From Candidatus Doudnabacteria bacterium (GTDB taxonomy: Bacteria > Patescibacteriota > Doudnabacteria > UBA920): DNA of 64,000 nucleotides. Positions within the stretch are counted from its first letter, which is position 1; each line of letters starts with the position of its first letter. The stretch covers positions 4,974-68,973 of the forward strand of contig JACRDK010000010.1 in the NCBI GenBank assembly GCA_016218585.1, given 5' to 3'. The notes beneath the pieces were generated by a model, which saw only the letters and a program-made list of their open reading frames with translations, ran no database searches and was not told the DNA's origin. Shown here piece by piece: positions 35,822 through 45,074 of the stretch. The translations under genes were made by a program, and so were the position numbers.

Positions 35822-35849
35822 GTGGGCTATAGCATATCATTTTTTATAA

Positions 35850-36135
35850 GTATTGACAATACCGCAGAAATATGGTATTTTTATGTGTTACAAGCTTCCT
35901 CTTATGCTGATAAAGTCTATCAGTTTTAGCGGGAGCTGGTCTGGGTGGACATGGCAAGGACAGGTGTTGGTATGAGCTGATCATATCTTCACACCCTCTC
36001 TTGCAGCCTCCACTTGCTCGTTTGACCGAACAAACGCTCAGGCGACCTTCAGGGTCAGCTCCCATAATTTCCACGGAGGAATAAAAATTAAAAGCAACGG
36101 TAGGCGACGCAATCGCTATGCCGTTTTTTAATATA
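35850..36135 (+). ncRNA. Candidate structured non-coding transcript divergent from ssrA
   Basis: TTGACA-17nt-TGGTATTTT promoter sharing its palindromic -35 with the ssrA promoter; about 230 nt with long-range GGGAGCTGG/CAGCTCCC pairing; ends in hairpin plus TTTTTT at about 36100-36130; no ORF. Confidence 0.3.
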
Positions 36136-36208
36136 TAGGTTGTCTTTAGTATTCAAAAAGGCCAGCGCGTGCGTCGTCATTGACGTTTCGCGCTGGCCTT
36201 TGCTGTTG

Positions 36209-36694
36209 TTATTGGAGCTTCACGATTGCGTTGACCGCTTTTGGAGCGGTTGGTTTGGCGTTTTCCTGCCGCACGTACAACAGGGCGTGCAGCGTAGCCA
36301 TAACAGAAGTGACCTTATCCTCCGAGAGCGATCTGAAGCAGTCCCCAAATACCGCAACATCGAACGGACTGTTCATTTTCTTGGCGTTAAGGTACCCTGT
36401 AAGGAAAAACATCGTCTGCTCCAGGCTTTGACCCGATACGCCGGCCTTCTCCAGCTGGAGCTTTAGGGTCGGAACCGGTATATAGCCTCCAGCCGTTTTG
36501 AGCGTGTTGACCGCTTCGGCTGCGAGAACCGTAATCTTTTCCAGAGTTTGGGCAAACCCGCCGCTCAGATCGGGATCGTTGAACACCGGTGAGATGATGG
36601 TGTCCAGCTTGCGTTCCGGCATGTCATCATCTATTGGCTCAAAAGGAGGTGGAGTACGCCGTTTCCTAGTTTGCTTCTTTGATTTTGTGGTCAT
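36209..36694 (-). CDS. Hypothetical protein (GC-rich)
   Basis: 161-aa ORF, basic N-terminus; terminator hairpin ggccagcgcg..cgcgctggcc downstream. Confidence 0.5.
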   Translation of the reverse strand: MTTKSKKQTRKRRTPPPFEPIDDDMPERKLDTIISPVFNDPDLSGGFAQTLEKITVLAAEAVNTLKTAGGYIPVPTLKLQLEKAGVSGQSLEQTMFFLTGYLNAKKMNSPFDVAVFGDCFRSLSEDKVTSVMATLHALLYVRQENAKPTAPKAVNAIVKLQ

Positions 36695-36936
36695 CTTTTT
36701 TCTCCTTGTCTGAATTTAAAAACCGCGGTTTGTTACGCCGTACAAAAGTGAAGTCTAAAAGTCCTCCTTACAAGACTACTTATTTTATTTAATAATGATG
36801 AAAAAGTCAATAGTCTTGAAAAGATAAAAGAGAATAATAAACATTTTATTTAAATTTAAAATATGTATATGGCATAAGTTAAGCAATTTGGCATATTTTT
36901 GCTATAATATAGTAGAGCATTAAATATAAAAATAAT

Positions 36937-37146
36937 ATGTCCGAACAAACAAATTGTGATTGTCATAAAGCATATAAACACCATCACGGAGCGCTAGGCG
37001 GCGCTTATGGCTTGGCCGTGTTAGGCGCGGCCGTTTACTATATTCAGCATTCCGCAACTTTCTGGGCCGGGGTATTGGGAGTGCTAAAAGCCCTAATTTG
37101 GCCTGCGTTGGTAATCTACAAACTTTTGGACTTTCTAAAAATGTAA
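36937..37146 (+). CDS. Small membrane protein with Cys/His-rich N-terminus (CDCH..HHH)
   Basis: 69-aa ORF, two TM helices. Confidence 0.45.
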   Translation: MSEQTNCDCHKAYKHHHGALGGAYGLAVLGAAVYYIQHSATFWAGVLGVLKALIWPALVIYKLLDFLKM

Positions 37147-37166
37147 AATTAATTGAAAACATATCT

Positions 37167-37202
37167 TTGTTCAATTTCAGACGATCGTCTGAAATTGAAC
37201 AA
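37167..37202. promoter_or_regulatory. Perfect 36-bp palindrome TTGTTCAATTTCAGACGATCGTCTGAAATTGAACAA
   Basis: Core AGACGATCGTCT shared with the second nested palindrome at 38252-38283 on the other side of the AEC transporter gene. Confidence 0.5.
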
Positions 37203-37212
37203 ACTAAATATT

Positions 37213-37245
37213 TAAAATCCCTGGTTCTGGTCCAGGGATTTTAAA
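37213..37245. terminator. Bidirectional terminator (atccctgg..ccagggat)
   Basis: Hairpin flanked by A and T runs. Confidence 0.65.
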
Positions 37246-37268
37246 TTTATATATAATTTCCTTTATTT

Positions 37269-38186
37269 TTAAATTGCCGCGGTTAAGAGAGAGGAAATGG
37301 TAATCACTGAGGCGGCCGTAGAAAGCAGAATGGCATTTGCCACCAGTTTTTCATCCAGCTTGTAGCGTTCGGAAATTACAAAGCAGGTAACCGCCGAGGG
37401 CATAGCGGAAACTAAAACGGAAATATCCAACGCCGGCTGCTTAATTTTAAAAATAATTCCGCCTAGCCAAATTAACAGCGGCAAGGCCAGCAGCTTGAAG
37501 GCCGAAGCGAGCCCGGCGGTTTTTAAATGGCCGGACATAAATCTGCCGTGCAAAAATCCGCCCAAGGCAAACAGCGCCACCGGCGAAGCGGTAACGCTTA
37601 AAGCAGAGAGAGGGGATTTAAAAAATTCCGCCAAAGGTCCGCTGGCATTTAAAAGGCTTAAGCCAATACCCGCAAACAGCGCCAACACCAGCGGGTTAAT
37701 AAAAAAGTCCGCGGCATATTTTTTCCAATTTTTTGACTTCTGCACCAAAAACTCCACCGTCAGAATGGAAAAAGCCATTCCCAAAACCAGATGGACTGTG
37801 GCTGCGGCTACAACCAATTTATAATGCTCCGCGGCTACGGTTTTGCCAATTAAAGGGAAGCCCATATAAATGGTATTGCCAACCATTATTGTTAAAAACA
37901 CCGCTGCCCGGTCCTTTTGGGAAATAGGAATAAATTTTAAACCTATCAAGAGCAGGATGCTTAAAATTATTAGTATTACAATATTAAACACTAAAATTTT
38001 TTGAACTTCTGAATCAAGCCAATTAATGTTCCAAAAGCTCAGCAAAACCAGCGCCGGAAGAGCAATGTAATAAACATAACTATTTAGCGCGTGTACCCAG
38101 GCGGATTTTAAAATATTTATCCGCCTTAACACAAACCCGGCTAAAATAATTAAAAAAATTGGCAGAACAATATTAAGCAATTGCAT
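37269..38186 (-). CDS. Auxin efflux carrier (AEC) family transporter
   Basis: MQLLNIVLPIFLIILAGFVLRR... typical AEC/MleP N-terminus; 10 TM; likely start at MQLL (38186). Confidence 0.8.
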   Translation of the reverse strand: MQLLNIVLPIFLIILAGFVLRRINILKSAWVHALNSYVYYIALPALVLLSFWNINWLDSEVQKILVFNIVILIILSILLLIGLKFIPISQKDRAAVFLTIMVGNTIYMGFPLIGKTVAAEHYKLVVAAATVHLVLGMAFSILTVEFLVQKSKNWKKYAADFFINPLVLALFAGIGLSLLNASGPLAEFFKSPLSALSVTASPVALFALGGFLHGRFMSGHLKTAGLASAFKLLALPLLIWLGGIIFKIKQPALDISVLVSAMPSAVTCFVISERYKLDEKLVANAILLSTAASVITISSLLTAAI

Positions 38187-38251
38187 TAAAGGAGGATTAG
38201 TTAATAAATTAATTATAACATGCCAATAAAACCCTAAAAATAATCGTATTG

Positions 38252-38283
38252 AAATATTCTGGTCAAAATAGGACGATCGTCTA
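38252..38283. promoter_or_regulatory. Nested palindrome GGTCAAAATAGGACGATCGTCTAATTTTGACC
   Basis: Same AGACGATCGTCT-type core as 37167-37202. Confidence 0.45.
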
Positions 38284-38369
38284 ATTTTGACCGGTAGGTA
38301 ATTAACAAAAAGACCTGGACAAGTTCCTGGTCTTTTTGTTAAGATGTAAAACATCAATAAGGAGGGGAC

Positions 38370-38465
38370 GTGAGTAACGATGTTAAGAAGGCAATTTTCA
38401 TAGGAACCATACTTTTCGTGTTCCTGATTTCCATTGTTTTATACAACTTGCTTAGCGATTTGTAG
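38370..38465 (+). CDS. 31-aa hydrophobic micro-protein
   Basis: GTG start 4 nt after AAGGAGG; single TM (AIFIGTILFVFLISIVLY). Confidence 0.4.
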   Translation: MSNDVKKAIFIGTILFVFLISIVLYNLLSDL

Positions 38466-38489
38466 CCAGGCAACAGAAAGGAGGCTTGA

Positions 38490-38756
38490 GTGCCTAACGA
38501 CGATGCGGCATTTGAAAGAGCTCTGAGTCTGGCAAACAAGCTTCGTCTGCTTTGCCAAGATCACGAGCTACTTCCGTCTGCTGGCCAAAAATTCGGAGTT
38601 CAACCGTGGGATGAGCTAATTAAGAAGTATTGCTCACAGGGCCTTGTGGTCACCTGGGAAAACCGGGCTGTGGTCTGGGAGAACGTGTGGTTGAAATACG
38701 CGTTGGATCTGCTGGATGCAGTCAGAGCCGAAGAGGCGAAGTTTAGGAAAGGCTGA
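38490..38756 (+). CDS. 88-aa hypothetical protein (GC-rich)
   Basis: GTG start with AGGAGG RBS. Confidence 0.5.
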   Translation: MPNDDAAFERALSLANKLRLLCQDHELLPSAGQKFGVQPWDELIKKYCSQGLVVTWENRAVVWENVWLKYALDLLDAVRAEEAKFRKG

Positions 38757-38770
38757 GGAGCGGTGAAAAC

Positions 38771-38851
38771 ATGCAAAAATGTTTAACATGCGTATTACTA
38801 GTTGGCCTGGCCACCGTCATCGTCCTGATGATGTGGCACAACTTTGGCTAA
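38771..38851 (+). CDS. 26-aa hydrophobic micro-protein (MQKCLTCVLLVGLATVIVLMMWHNFG)
   Basis: GGAG RBS; single TM; terminator hairpin 38866-38918 follows. Confidence 0.4.
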   Translation: MQKCLTCVLLVGLATVIVLMMWHNFG

Positions 38852-38865
38852 CGTCAATCAGCAAC

Positions 38866-38918
38866 AACGGCGCGAGCAGACTTTGTCTGCCCGCGCCGTT
38901 CCACTTTCTTTATTTTTT
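38866..38918 (+). terminator. Intrinsic terminator of small-ORF cluster
   Basis: aacggcgcgagcag..ctgcccgcgccgtt hairpin plus T-run. Confidence 0.7.
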
Positions 38919-38953
38919 GACTCTCTCTATAATCTCTATCTAAAATCTCTAAT

Positions 38954-41185
38954 CTATTTAGCTACTTCAAAACTCTGCAACAAAGGTTGGAGTTTAGCAA
39001 AGATTGCATCTTTGCTAACTTGCTCGGTAATTTGTTCGTTTGCGCCAAAACCTTCGGTGCGCGCGCCCATATCAATTTCGTAACAAATATTATTGTTATA
39101 GCTATGGTAAATTTTATCCATAGCCTGGTGTCCCAATCCGGCGCTGCTGGCATCGGCTAAAGCAAAATCCGCGCCGTTGATGTTTAATTTTTGGCTGCTG
39201 GGAGTTGCTTGGTTGCCGAATTTGTAGCATTGAGCGGAGGTGGAGTTTTTTATAACGCTGACGGAAAGAAAGCCGCCGGCAAAATCTGTATTGCTGGGAA
39301 AAGTTTCTTTGGGCAGGAGCGCGGTAATAACTCTTTCTCCTTTTTTATTTTGATAGAAATAATTTTCTATTGGCAAGTAAAAGCCGTTGTTCAAATTTTC
39401 ACCGGCTTGCATTTGGTAGTTGCCGGGATAATTAAATTTAAATCCATAAATTTCATTGGTGTATTGCTTGTCCGCATCCGGCGTATAGTCGTAATAATTT
39501 TCATTGTCAGTTTCAAAGCTTTGCTTTATGCGGCTGGCGCCGGAGAGGTTTTGCTTAAGGCTCATAGTTTGCTGGTAGGTAACCGTGCTGGCGCCGGAAG
39601 CAATTACTTCTAAGCTGTTTAATTTGCCAAAAGAAGCTCGGGAAGCGCCGGAGAGATTAACATTTGCCGCGGCGAGCATAGCGTTTTGCGCATTAACACT
39701 GCTGGCGCCGGAAATTTCGGCGGTCAAAGCGGTAGATGTGCCGGACAGTTCCAGGCGGCTGGCGCCGGAAAGCTCTGCCGTTGTTTGTGTTGCTTGGACG
39801 CTTAAATTTGCCCGGGAAGCGCCGGAAAGGTTAACCTTAATATTGGCAGCTTTTAAATTGCCGGCATTAATGCGGCTGGCGCCGCTGGCCGATAAGGCGT
39901 TTATTGCCGGAGCATAAACCGTATATTTTACAGATTTAATATTGCAGAAAATGCAGAACTTTATTTTGTTGTCGCGGTCAAGTTTTAGTACGCCATTTTC
40001 CACAACCAACTTCGCGTTGCCTAAATCTTTTTCCGTGCCCGTGGCCATAACCTTAAAGCTGTCGCCCTGGTAAAAGTTCAGGCTGTCGGCTCCGGAAAGA
40101 TCAACGGCGGTAAAGTTTTTTAAGTCATAAGTTTTTCCAACTTCCCGGAAGTATGGGCTGGTTTGGGTAATCTGTTCAATTTGCGGAGCTAATTTAATGC
40201 CCATATTAACTAACACAATCAACGACAAAATCCATAAGCCCAAAAGGGAAAAGCCGCCCATTTTGCTCAAGCTCGGCCGCATAGACATTAAGCTGGTGCC
40301 GAGCAAAGACAAAAATACTGCGGGAACAAAAGCCGCAAAGAAAGCGCTGGCTAGCGCGGCGTAATAAATTGTGCCGTGCGCTAATTCTTTAAACGGAAAA
40401 TCTACGTAAGGGGAGTTGGCGTTAAACAGCAGGCTAAAGGCAACAAAGACCAAGACAGCTATGCCTAAAGAAGCGGCAACGGTTATGCACAAGCCGATTA
40501 ATTTAAACAGCAGCGGAAATATTTTTTTTATTAATCTCCCCAAAGCCTGAAATATTTGTCCCACAACCCGAAAAGGAGCGGCCAAAACTTTTTTTATTGG
40601 AGATTTATCTTTTTTTTTAAGTTCTTCCACGCGTTCCTTAACCATTGTTTCCAGGTTTTTTAAATTTACCGCCTCGCCGCGCATTTGCATTTTTTCGGTA
40701 TCGGTGGAAGCAAAAGGCACAATTATCCAGAGAATTAAATAGAGCAGAATGCCGAAGCCGCCAAAGAATATGGTCAGGGCAAAAATTAGCCTTACCCAAA
40801 CCGGATCTACGTCTAAGTAGGCCGCAATGCCGCTGCAAACGCCGGCTACCAAAACGTCGTCCGGGTTCCTAAATAATCTTTTGCCAAAAGCGGAAGAGGT
40901 TTTTCCGGGAGCGGTTTTTTCTTTGTCCTCGCCAAACTGTTCCGGCCGCCCCATAACGGAAATTAATTCTTCCACTAAGGCCAAAGTAATAATTTTATCG
41001 TTTTGGGTCTTGGTTGCAAATTGTTCGGCTATACGGTCTTCCATATCGCTTACAATTTCACTTGCATCCGGGTAGGCGGCAAATTTTTGCTTAATAGCGT
41101 TTAAATAGTTTTCCAGCGCCTGGTAGGCGTCTTCTTCAACCTGGAAACTCATTCCGCCAATCGAGATGTTAATTGTTTTTTTCAT
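38954..41185 (-). CDS. PspC-domain membrane protein with C-terminal DUF2807/DUF4097-like repeats
   Basis: PspC block LFRNPDDVLVAGVCSGIAAYLDVDPVWVRLIFAL; LSGASRxNL repeat array. Confidence 0.8.
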   Translation of the reverse strand: MKKTINISIGGMSFQVEEDAYQALENYLNAIKQKFAAYPDASEIVSDMEDRIAEQFATKTQNDKIITLALVEELISVMGRPEQFGEDKEKTAPGKTSSAFGKRLFRNPDDVLVAGVCSGIAAYLDVDPVWVRLIFALTIFFGGFGILLYLILWIIVPFASTDTEKMQMRGEAVNLKNLETMVKERVEELKKKDKSPIKKVLAAPFRVVGQIFQALGRLIKKIFPLLFKLIGLCITVAASLGIAVLVFVAFSLLFNANSPYVDFPFKELAHGTIYYAALASAFFAAFVPAVFLSLLGTSLMSMRPSLSKMGGFSLLGLWILSLIVLVNMGIKLAPQIEQITQTSPYFREVGKTYDLKNFTAVDLSGADSLNFYQGDSFKVMATGTEKDLGNAKLVVENGVLKLDRDNKIKFCIFCNIKSVKYTVYAPAINALSASGASRINAGNLKAANIKVNLSGASRANLSVQATQTTAELSGASRLELSGTSTALTAEISGASSVNAQNAMLAAANVNLSGASRASFGKLNSLEVIASGASTVTYQQTMSLKQNLSGASRIKQSFETDNENYYDYTPDADKQYTNEIYGFKFNYPGNYQMQAGENLNNGFYLPIENYFYQNKKGERVITALLPKETFPSNTDFAGGFLSVSVIKNSTSAQCYKFGNQATPSSQKLNINGADFALADASSAGLGHQAMDKIYHSYNNNICYEIDMGARTEGFGANEQITEQVSKDAIFAKLQPLLQSFEVAK

Positions 41186-41525
41186 ACTTTTTGATTAAAG
41201 AATTAATTGATAAAGATAGTTCGTGCCAAGTTTGATTCAGCTGTTCTAAGGCATCTTTGCCTTCTTTGGTGAGCCGATAGTACTTGCGGGGAGGTCCGGC
41301 TTTTGATTCCTTCCAGGTGTATTCCAGCAAATGGTCAGACTTAAGCCGGGACAGCAGGGGATAGAGCGTGCCTTCTACCACAATTAAGTTATCCGCTTTA
41401 AGCTCATTTAAAATATCGGAAGCATATAACTCGCCGCGGGCAATGGCTAAGAGCGTGCAATATTCTAAAAGGCCTTTGCGCATTTGCGAGCGGGAATTTT
41501 CCGTGTCAAAAACTGAGTTTTCCAT
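41169..41525 (-). CDS. PadR-family transcriptional regulator
   Basis: YCTLLAIARGELYASDILNEL...GTLYPLLSRLKSDHLLEYTW; overlaps the PspC-domain gene. Confidence 0.85.
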   Translation of the reverse strand: MENSVFDTENSRSQMRKGLLEYCTLLAIARGELYASDILNELKADNLIVVEGTLYPLLSRLKSDHLLEYTWKESKAGPPRKYYRLTKEGKDALEQLNQTWHELSLSINSLIKKYEKNN

Positions 41526-41661
41526 AGGGTTGTATTAATTACACATACAGTATAGCACCCACTACCTTTTTATGCAAGGTACTAGGTGTGGATAAACTAA
41601 AACCCGCCGAAGCTTAGGCTTGGCGGGTTTAATTACTCGAACTTATATATTTAGTTAAACT

Positions 41662-42291
41662 CTATTTTAATAAGCTTTTTAGGTTGGCTATGCGGCCTTC
41701 AGTTATTTCCCATTCGTAAATATCCGCATTGGTAATATCTTTTGAAGAGCCGTCCTTGCCGCGATAAATTCTGACAATAGACGGAAAATGGAATAATAAC
41801 AAACGAATAACTCCATTATGCGTAACAATGCCGACATTTGAGTGGTCGCAATTATCAATAATGTCTAAAATTGCGCTAACTGATCGCTGGCGGACGTCTT
41901 CCACGCTTTCGCCGCCAAACGGCCGGTAATCATATTCCTGCATTGCCTCCAGCTCTTTATGGTTTGGCAGGAGCTTGTCCCATTCTTCCATAGGCTTGCC
42001 GGTAAGGCTACCGAAGTCGCGTTCGGTGAGCCGGTAATCGTGAAAAATTTTTATTTTTTCCGGCAGCAGGTTGTTAATATAGACGGCGGTTTCTTCAGCG
42101 CGCCGCAGGTGCGACGTATAGAGCACGTCTAAATATAAAAACTTAACCAGCTTGGCTAAAGTTTGGGCCTGCAGGACGCCTTGAGTATCAAGGTAGTCGT
42201 CAATCTGTGAGCCTTGGCGGATATGTTGTTTGTTTTTTATGGTTTCGCCGTGGCGAATGAAATATAATGTAGTTTGAGTTTTTATATGCAC
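41662..42291 (-). CDS. Histidine phosphatase family protein (phosphoglycerate mutase-like)
   Basis: LYFIRHGET RHG motif. Confidence 0.8.
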   Translation of the reverse strand: MHIKTQTTLYFIRHGETIKNKQHIRQGSQIDDYLDTQGVLQAQTLAKLVKFLYLDVLYTSHLRRAEETAVYINNLLPEKIKIFHDYRLTERDFGSLTGKPMEEWDKLLPNHKELEAMQEYDYRPFGGESVEDVRQRSVSAILDIIDNCDHSNVGIVTHNGVIRLLLFHFPSIVRIYRGKDGSSKDITNADIYEWEITEGRIANLKSLLK

Positions 42292-42306
42292 GTGAGGAAA
42301 CGGAAA

Positions 42307-42693
42307 TTATTTTTTGGCTTTCTTTGCAACAGACTTTTTAACCGGCGCTTTAGCCTGGCCAACCTTAGCTAAATCTTTTGCTATTTTTTGCCAGTGCCCG
42401 GTTAATTCTTTTTTTAACTCTTCCACTTCTTTCGGGCTAATATTTTTTACCTGTTTGTATTTAGCCAGAACTTCTTTGGCCGCGGTTTCGTAAGTGCTTT
42501 TGCTTACGTTTTTCATTGTTTTAATTTTCTTGACCATTTCGTCCTTGGCTTTTTGGCTCCAGGCGCTTACGGCTTTGCGATGCTGTTTGCCGTCTTTGCC
42601 ATAAAAATAATAAGTTGCTGCGGCTGCTGCGGCTAACGCGGCCAAGCCTAACCCCTCAGCTACCTTTGTTCCGGTTGATGTTGTTTTTGGCAT
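42307..42693 (-). CDS. Hypothetical Lys/Ala-rich protein with N-terminal hydrophobic segment
   Basis: 128-aa ORF. Confidence 0.5.
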   Translation of the reverse strand: MPKTTSTGTKVAEGLGLAALAAAAAATYYFYGKDGKQHRKAVSAWSQKAKDEMVKKIKTMKNVSKSTYETAAKEVLAKYKQVKNISPKEVEELKKELTGHWQKIAKDLAKVGQAKAPVKKSVAKKAKK

Positions 42694-42762
42694 ATGTGTG
42701 TTCCTTTCTCTTAGAGCCGGTTTTAAAATTTCGTCTAAAAATTATTTTTAAACTGGCTCTTG

Positions 42763-43029
42763 TTAATCTTTTTTCGATCTCTTGTTCAGATTGCTAAAAA
42801 AACTGGCAAAGTATTTTAATTTAGCGCCGTGGTCTTTAACGTTTTGCCTCAGGTCGGATAAATCCTGGGAAATAAGTTCAGCTTCAGAGCGGGCTTTGTT
42901 GGTAATGTGTTTAATGTCCCGGGAAATTTTTATAATGTAAATTATTAACACGGCCAAAAGCACGGTCAGCACAGCTACGGCAATCGTGGTAACAAAAAAG
43001 AAAATGTCCATTTTGGCAAAATCACTCAT
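42763..43029 (-). CDS. Small single-TM protein
   Basis: FFFVTTIAVAVLTVLLAVLIIYII helix followed by a charged coiled region. Confidence 0.5.
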   Translation of the reverse strand: MSDFAKMDIFFFVTTIAVAVLTVLLAVLIIYIIKISRDIKHITNKARSEAELISQDLSDLRQNVKDHGAKLKYFASFFSNLNKRSKKD

Positions 43030-43073
43030 TTTTTTATTTCTTAATTTCTTAGTTACTATTAATTTCCAACAGG

Positions 43074-43553
43074 CTATTTATAGTATTCTTTAATCTGGAA
43101 CAAAAAGTACATGGAAATTATTAAACCGATTATGGCGCCAAAAATTTGCCCGCTGAGAATTTGCGCCACCGCGGAAAGCAGAGAAGCATAGTAAACCAAT
43201 TGCCAGCCTCTTTTTTGGCGGGCAAACAGTCCCGGCAAAGCGGAAGCTTCCAAAACCAAACTCGCAATATTAACAGCTGCAATTACGAAGCCAAAAAAAC
43301 CAACGTGATAGGCGCCGGACATCATGGCAAAAGGCGCGAGAAAAGTGCTTAACCCAAAAGCCACTAAAATTATCGGCAAAGCTAAGACCATAATAACTAA
43401 AGTTATCCACGGCCCAAATTTTACAATCATTTCCCGAACATTCGGCGGAAGATGAAACGGAGCTTTGTCAAACAAATAGGTCTTAAAAAAGTTTTCCATT
43501 TGTTGAAGAAAGCTCTGATTATTTTGATTTTGTGTTGTTTGTTGTGTTTCCAT
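43074..43553 (-). CDS. Hypothetical polytopic membrane protein
   Basis: Four predicted TM helices. Confidence 0.5.
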   Translation of the reverse strand: METQQTTQNQNNQSFLQQMENFFKTYLFDKAPFHLPPNVREMIVKFGPWITLVIMVLALPIILVAFGLSTFLAPFAMMSGAYHVGFFGFVIAAVNIASLVLEASALPGLFARQKRGWQLVYYASLLSAVAQILSGQIFGAIIGLIISMYFLFQIKEYYK

Positions 43554-43608
43554 AAAATAGTTTAATTCTTTATATAATTATACCATACTAGTGCGTAGTG
43601 TATAGTGC

Positions 43609-44166
43609 TTAGCGAGTAGTAGGCGAATATTTTGCAAACATTTCTTCCAGGATTTTTTGGAAAGTGGAACGCAAAGTTTCGTCGCGGCCAACCTCCAAAA
43701 CTTCGTCATTAATATTGGTGGCCGAAGCTGTCCAGTTATAGCTGCCGCTGGCGTAAGCTTTTTCCGTAACCACAACCTTTAAATGCATAATGCCGGAGTG
43801 GTCCTGGACATAAACCGGGATGCCGGATTTTTTTAACTCGTCAATAATTTTTTGCTGCGATTCAAGTTTTTGATATTGATCCCTGTCGGTAAGGCCAATT
43901 ACATTAAGGCCGCGGTATTTGGCCGCAAGCAGGGCGTCTTTAATGTCGCTGCGGGTAAAGGTATAAACGGCAAAGTAGACAAATTTGTCGGCGTCGCGAA
44001 TCTCATTAATTATTTCCTTATTCAATTCGCGCTCCTGATTATAGTAAACGCTAATTTCGCGCTGTTGTTTTGGCAGGTAGCGGTAAGAATAGTAAAATTG
44101 CCCGCACAGCGCAATTAGCAGGACGATAATTAGAAGATAGATTTTTTCTTTTGTTTGGGAAGACAT
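43609..44166 (-). CDS. Phospholipase D-like (PLD/Nuc family) protein
   Basis: HLKVVVT..GSYNWT resembles the HxK(x)4D/GSxN motif; N-terminal TM; preceded by the recurrent upstream motif. Confidence 0.65.
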   Translation of the reverse strand: MSSQTKEKIYLLIIVLLIALCGQFYYSYRYLPKQQREISVYYNQERELNKEIINEIRDADKFVYFAVYTFTRSDIKDALLAAKYRGLNVIGLTDRDQYQKLESQQKIIDELKKSGIPVYVQDHSGIMHLKVVVTEKAYASGSYNWTASATNINDEVLEVGRDETLRSTFQKILEEMFAKYSPTTR

Positions 44167-44265
44167 ATTTATCTGGCTTTACTAAATACTAATTTTTACT
44201 AATATACTAATGTCGGTTTGTTAGAATTAGTATATTAGTACCGATTGGTAGTTAGTAAATACAGC

Positions 44266-44697
44266 TTAAGTGTAGCTCTTGATTTCTTTCTGGGCGTCTC
44301 TTTTCTTTATGTATTCTCTTTTGTCGGTTTTTTTTCTTGCTTTGCCTAAAGCAATTCTCATTTTTACCAAGCCGCGTGGTCCCAAGAATATTTCCAGCGG
44401 AATAATAACCAAACCTTTTTCTTTTCCTAAAAGTTGGTTAATTTCTTCTTTTTTTAGCAAAAGCTTTCTGGTTTGCGTCGGATCATATTTTTCATTTGGC
44501 GCATATTTGTAAGGACCAATATGACAGTTAATTAAATTGGCGCCGTTTGCCGAAACTGTAACATAAGCGCCGGTTAAGGAAACATTGCCTTGTTTAACGG
44601 ATTTAACTTCCGCTCCGGTCAATACCAAACCCGCCACGAAATTTTCTTTAAGATCGTAGTCGAATCTGGCTTTGCGATTTTCGGCGAATGTTGGCAT
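44266..44697 (-). CDS. smpB: SsrA-binding protein
   Basis: ENRKARFDYDLKENFVAGLVLTGAEVKSVKQG...LLLKKEEINQL typical SmpB. Confidence 0.9.
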   Translation of the reverse strand: MPTFAENRKARFDYDLKENFVAGLVLTGAEVKSVKQGNVSLTGAYVTVSANGANLINCHIGPYKYAPNEKYDPTQTRKLLLKKEEINQLLGKEKGLVIIPLEIFLGPRGLVKMRIALGKARKKTDKREYIKKRDAQKEIKSYT

Positions 44698-45074
44698 TGA
44701 AGCGAATTTAATAAAATGCTAAAATAATTTACTTTGTCAGGAGGGCAGTATGAAACGGAAACTTTTTTGGTCAAAAATGGTCATCGCTGGATCCGATCTT
44801 CAAAAGAGGATGGGGAGCGGGCCATTTCAAGCGGAACTTCCCGCGGAAGGAGAGCCGGTAAAAACCGTGACTATCCAAATGCCGGGAGAGGAACTGAAAC
44901 ACTCAACGGTCACCTTGGCTGGCTTTTATTTCTCCCTCACCAAAGGTGGTGAGCCACTCAGATGATCCAACAGCAGTTCCCGCACGGGTCGGCGGCGCAA
45001 ATTCGCGCTGCTGACCCCTTTATTTTACCCTGTTTCACTAATTTTGTCATTTTGTGTTATAATAACGGCATCTT

